Part shown: positions 60,701-64,000 of the stretch, piece after piece
Numbering within the stretch: the first letter of the stretch is position 1
Layout: each line of letters starts with the position of its first letter
NCBI GenBank assembly: GCA_964510025.1
Contig: CAZDZV010000008.1
Coordinates: forward strand, 1 to 64,000
DNA length: 64,000 nucleotides
Origin: an uncultured Methanosarcinales archaeon
GTDB taxonomy: Archaea > Nanobdellota > Nanobdellia > Woesearchaeales > DATDXC01
Direction of reading: 5' to 3'
Notes under the pieces: model-generated
Database searches by the model: none
Told to the model about the DNA's origin: nothing
What the model saw: the letters and a program-made list of their open reading frames with translations, nothing else
Translations under genes and position numbers: made by a program

Positions 60701-62900
60701 CTGTCTCTGTCTGATCCGGCTCAAGCTTTGGAATAAGTGAGGATTCCTGGAGCAATCCAAGGTCGGTGTTTATGCTGCCATTTACAGTAATGCCCCTGAT
60801 CTCCATGTCTATCAGGTTTTTCAGCTCAACATCGACTTCCATCAGGGAACCGGGCATTGCTTCTACCGTGTCAAGATCATCGAGGTTGCTGTTCTCTGTG
60901 CCATCCACTGCTATATCAAGATCGGAAATCTCCAATGAGCTCAAGATGGTGAGGGTGACTGTCTCATTATCCTGGCCGCCTTTGCCGTCTGTAACGCGGA
61001 AAAGCACATCATGCACCCCGACATCTGCATAGCAAGGTGTCAAAGTCACCTCTCCAGAGGTCTGGTTTAGCTGGAATCCGCATATGCTCGCATTTGTCTG
61101 GAATGTAAGATTATCATTTGTGGGGTCCTCGTCTGTTGCTTCAAGATCAAAGCTAAGCGTAAGGCTTTCAGTTGCAGTCTTATCTCCTATGGAAGCAAGG
61201 ACGGGATCGTCGTTTACGTTGGTTATATTTATGGTAATGTTCTGGCTGCCGGACAGAAGCCCATCTGAGGCAGTTATGGTGACGTTTTCCTGCAGAATGC
61301 CATTTGGATAGTTGAATGTGATTACCTGGCCATCAACATCTCCATATGGGCTGTCTGTTGTGATCGTCAGCTCCGATATGTTGGTATCGACATCATATAA
61401 ATATGGTGTGACATTGAGCGTCAGGTTGGTCTCTTCAACCGCATTCTGGTCTGAAATGCCGGATATGATGGGAGCGTCATTATCGGACAATACTACCATG
61501 GTAAAGTTTTCAGTTGAAAAATCCACGTTATCATCTGCTGTGCAGGTGATGTTCAGCTCTCCGTAGAAATCATTTGAAGAGGTGATATTGAGCATCTTGT
61601 CAACATTGTCAACGTCAGCTGCCACATCCGCCACATCCGCGCTGCAGCTCCAGTTGATATCATCTACTGCTGTGTCCACATCAACGACATGTTCAGAGAG
61701 GTTTATCAACGTAAATGAATCCTCGAATATCGTCAAGCCATTCAGGCTGCTGAAGCTTATCTCTGGAGCATCGTTGACAGGAAGCACGCTTATGAAAAAG
61801 GTCTTGTCTATGGTGCCATAGCTATCGTCGATCCTGATTGTACAGTTGGCTTCCCCGTAGTAATCCTGGGCAGGATTCAAGCTAATATTCGTATCGTTAA
61901 TTATAGAGCAGGCAACCTCATCTGAATCGACAACCGAGTATTCCAGCAAGTCACCATCAGGATCAGCTATATAATGCGATAGGTTGAACAATGCAGCTGT
62001 ATCCTCTTCAATAGTCTGATTTGGAATATCATCCTGTGAAAGCCGGTTATTTGTCGCGTTTGGCGTTGGTATATCAAATTCAATCCATGTCGGCAGGGCG
62101 TCATGCAGCCTCCCTATAGAGACATCCTCCTGAGCCACCCACATATATGAATACTGGCTTATTATCTCTCCCAACACATTGATAAGCTGAATTGTGTCAT
62201 CATCCTTGTTAAGCATATTAACCACATCCACATAGAAGTGGCTGCCAGGTTCAATTATTCCGCTCTCTATTGCTTTTGTGTTGTCTATGCTGTCATTTAT
62301 AGACCAGCCGGCCAAGTCTATAGCAATCGTATCATTGTTATATATCTCAACCCAGTCATGGCCAGAAGAATAAGGCATGAATTCGTTTATAATAAGATTA
62401 GGTGACGTGTAAACGTAAACTGTCCCATTCTCAACAGATGATGGGTAGACCGTAAGGGGTGCGGGTTCACTGCTGTCATAGACCTGGGCATTTTCAATTT
62501 TTATCTGGGTTGTATCCTCTCTTGTTATGGCCTTAAAAGTCAGGTTTACAAGATGTCCGCTTCCATTTAAGCCAGAATAGGTATCATCCTTGTATATAGA
62601 GACCAGGACAAACCCCTCTGAATTGTTAATCTCAGATGTGTCATGAACAGTATCTCCTGTTCTGCTGAAAAAACCGCCCTCTGTCTCAGATACTGCCTGT
62701 ATGACATCGGGATCATAGAGGACATTGAACTGAGTTCCTACAATAGAGTCTGTTGTGTCAACATCAACAGTAAGAACAAATGTGTCATTAAGGCTGAGCG
62801 TCTTTTGAACCGGATTCACATTCATTGTTGTCGCTGCAGAGACAATTGTTGTCAAGAACAAAATAAACATTAATAGGCTGTAAGTTGATTTGTTTTTCAT
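57771..62900 (-). CDS. Membrane-anchored acidic surface glycoprotein: cohesin, lamin-tail domain, cadherin/Ig-like repeats, PKD, C-terminal TM
   Basis: Signal peptide; DTFVLTVDVD...GTQFNVLYDPDVIQAVSETEGGFF (cohesin-like); IINEFMP..DWVEIYN (LTD); repeated VNDAP/VNDPP; PPAADAGSD...LDGSGSSDPDG (PKD); C-terminal TM followed by KRR. Confidence 0.85.
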   Translation of the reverse strand: MKNKSTYSLLMFILFLTTIVSAATTMNVNPVQKTLSLNDTFVLTVDVDTTDSIVGTQFNVLYDPDVIQAVSETEGGFFSRTGDTVHDTSEINNSEGFVLVSIYKDDTYSGLNGSGHLVNLTFKAITREDTTQIKIENAQVYDSSEPAPLTVYPSSVENGTVYVYTSPNLIINEFMPYSSGHDWVEIYNNDTIAIDLAGWSINDSIDNTKAIESGIIEPGSHFYVDVVNMLNKDDDTIQLINVLGEIISQYSYMWVAQEDVSIGRLHDALPTWIEFDIPTPNATNNRLSQDDIPNQTIEEDTAALFNLSHYIADPDGDLLEYSVVDSDEVACSIINDTNISLNPAQDYYGEANCTIRIDDSYGTIDKTFFISVLPVNDAPEISFSSLNGLTIFEDSFTLINLSEHVVDVDTAVDDINWSCSADVADVAADVDNVDKMLNITSSNDFYGELNITCTADDNVDFSTENFTMVVLSDNDAPIISGISDQNAVEETNLTLNVTPYLYDVDTNISELTITTDSPYGDVDGQVITFNYPNGILQENVTITASDGLLSGSQNITINITNVNDDPVLASIGDKTATESLTLSFDLEATDEDPTNDNLTFQTNASICGFQLNQTSGEVTLTPCYADVGVHDVLFRVTDGKGGQDNETVTLTILSSLEISDLDIAVDGTENSNLDDLDTVEAMPGSLMEVDVELKNLIDMEIRGITVNGSINTDLGLLQESSLIPKLEPDQTETVTLQFSLPNIIGEEVYPLHIKGIGEDEDHILRIVERTIYIDVKKDNNDVIVEDVNLTPDEVGCVKEAVLSFNITNRGSKDQINGNTIRVSSEQLGIDIEEQFAIDKNTSIRKTYNINTTKDDPGSYAVSIEVTWFYTETIQENVYLEVSECFGIPDFSVDEDTEPASNWIDLWNYTDDPNYPGSHFTYSVESQSNSSLISCSINANRYVDCGKPSANATGHSDVNISATGSYTEYSLFRITVEPVNDPPFIAEAIPDVEFDEDGTNSSLDLDDYAEDIDSDNLIWTWSGNKNITVSIAPNKVITFGTLEDDWYGSETITLNVSDGEFVDSQDILVTVNQLFDDLPYIKDALPTQAYLLVGDGLNLDFHVDVADPDGIAHSINWYIEDVLEDTGADFQFNKATAGTFDVVANVSNATDTFDRKEWTVQVSLIPITTYGGTINDVNESNVNAFTGLTIENEFGKIDFGNQTIDLSNVVDVDRYVELSLGKLGIDSDAFTVFQSTPSDNSMYQLPFVEQPEILYNSGFAADTGIACPGSICSGKDYANGTLTFEIPHFSMFFVNISNPPAADAGSDRTVDVDSEVILDGSGSSDPDGDIVAYIWAQISGPQTVNLSTTGVDFQAKFTPTVLGDYEFGLVVVDSAGLIGEDTVAIKVVEGEDDGAVGYLRITDLDVKVNGNKDSNLNNGETISDEAKPGETVELDIEIKNIGDEDIEDIDVEVTIVDIDDGDDLEEDDTIDEIKDGKDERIEIEFQVPEKVEEDVYEIRIHIEGDDGSEIDWTLELEVEKDKHMLKIFEADLSPSVISCNRVVGLDVGIRNIGSEEEEDVELTVKSSQLGLDERNTFDLSEDIDDDDNEYEKRYTFVIDDDLEQGSYPVTIEVEYDDGDEVETEILYLTVQKCAAVPEEDEEEEEDIVDVQILPGDSDIYPTPTTVPKQPTTITFRDSGDYMTLLVIVMIILLGAVIYAIGAAVMILKRR

Positions 62901-62992
62901 TATGGCATTCCCCTCTAGTCTTGATTAAACTAATGCAAATGAATATTACTTTATAAAGCTTTCGATATTTTTAGTATTCTGCAGTAGTAACC

Positions 62993-64000
62993 CTATGTGA
63001 AAGCTCTCCTGATAAATATCAGGTCCAATGTATTGATTGCACCGTCGCCAGAAACATCGTAGCGAGGATCCCAGTTCGGATCACTGGGAGTTACGCCAAA
63101 CATCCTCCTTGTCAGTATAAGGTCTAAGGTATTTACCACCTGGTCCTCGTTCACATCTCCAGGCAGGTCAGCCCACCTGTCGGGATCCAGGGGAAAATCA
63201 TCAATAAGGTCATTATAACCATCTCCATCTGTGTCAGGATTCTTCGGGTCAGTGCCGATAACAGCTTCTTCATCATCAGCAAGCCCGTCATTATCATCGT
63301 CATCATCGCAGACATCCCCCATGCCATCAGAGTCAAAGTCATCCTGGCCTGGATTTACATCTGCGGGGCAGTTGTCAGAATAGTCATCTATCCCATCATC
63401 ATCGGTGTCAGGGGGCAGAACGGTAAAGCTGAACAATGTTGAATTGGCCTCATTAGATGAATTGTCATATGCCCATATCCTGTATTCCACGAAATCCCAA
63501 AGATCGAACTCCCCCAGGTTTGCCGAGTATCGATCAGGCGCTATTTCTTCCATATCCTTTATCGTAAATACGCTGTTGTTTATCCTGTATGCAACAAAAA
63601 CATTATCCAATGCAAAGTTATCGGTGACTGCAGCAAATACAGTGACATTGCTGTTAAATTCATCAACCTCATCAGGTTGATGATAGACATCAGCTATCAA
63701 CGGAGCCGACCTGCAGTCTATATCCATGAGGTTGCGTCCGCTGACAAAGTCTCCGTTTCCTCCGCGAAGGAATGTTCCCGGATATCCGTCCCTGCAGCCC
63801 TCGAATTCAAGAAGGAAGGATTCTCCTGTATTGAATATCAGCTGATCCAGCGTATCAAAATAAGCATCTCCCTGCAGATGAGCAGGAATATTTTTACCGA
63901 CCAGGCCTTCATAAATCCGGCCTGCATTGTCACCTGATGTCACTGTTATCTGGTAGTTGGATCCTGTGGCCAGCATGACCCCATCAACAGAAAGCCTGCC
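62993..64000 (-). CDS. Dockerin- and TSP3-repeat protein, 5'-truncated by the window edge
   Basis: C-terminal GDVNEDQVVNTLDLILTRR...DVSGDGAINTLDLIFIRR duplicated Ca-loop/helix; DTDDDGIDDYSDNCP repeats; the frame stays open to position 64000. Confidence 0.85.
   Translation of the reverse strand, partial: GRLSVDGVMLATGSNYQITVTSGDNAGRIYEGLVGKNIPAHLQGDAYFDTLDQLIFNTGESFLLEFEGCRDGYPGTFLRGGNGDFVSGRNLMDIDCRSAPLIADVYHQPDEVDEFNSNVTVFAAVTDNFALDNVFVAYRINNSVFTIKDMEEIAPDRYSANLGEFDLWDFVEYRIWAYDNSSNEANSTLFSFTVLPPDTDDDGIDDYSDNCPADVNPGQDDFDSDGMGDVCDDDDDNDGLADDEEAVIGTDPKNPDTDGDGYNDLIDDFPLDPDRWADLPGDVNEDQVVNTLDLILTRRMFGVTPSDPNWDPRYDVSGDGAINTLDLIFIRRAFT

Overview
Archaeal window, most likely a DPANN lineage (Woesearchaeota/Nanoarchaeota-like). 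This is inferred from the archaeal L7Ae, S28e, L24e, EF-2, EF-1alpha and Taw3 genes, TATA promoters, BHB-intron tRNAs and the style of the surface proteins. About 60% of the window (40254->2358, minus strand) is one giant, secreted, Cys/Asp-rich modular gene. The ORF track splits it in two only because of a 100-N scaffold gap. The flanking repeat implies a true gap of 33(+192n) nt, which is in frame and gives a protein of at least ~12,600 aa. It lies in a co-oriented locus: prepilin peptidase, AT-rich palindromic operator region, small unannotated RHH regulator, Ca-binding membrane protein, giant protein, pilin-signal PKD protein. The right part holds a translation cluster (L7Ae-S28e-L24e-ndk-EF2-EF1a-S10) with a tandem kink-turn leader, msrAB, and three intron-containing tRNAs, including a tRNA-Ser(GGA) with four BHB-type introns. 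It also holds a CBS/DUF835 protein, a GH13_18 phosphorylase, an MNT-HEPN fusion, Taw3 and an adjacent cohesin/dockerin pair of surface proteins. All domain calls come from visual motif recognition, not database searches.
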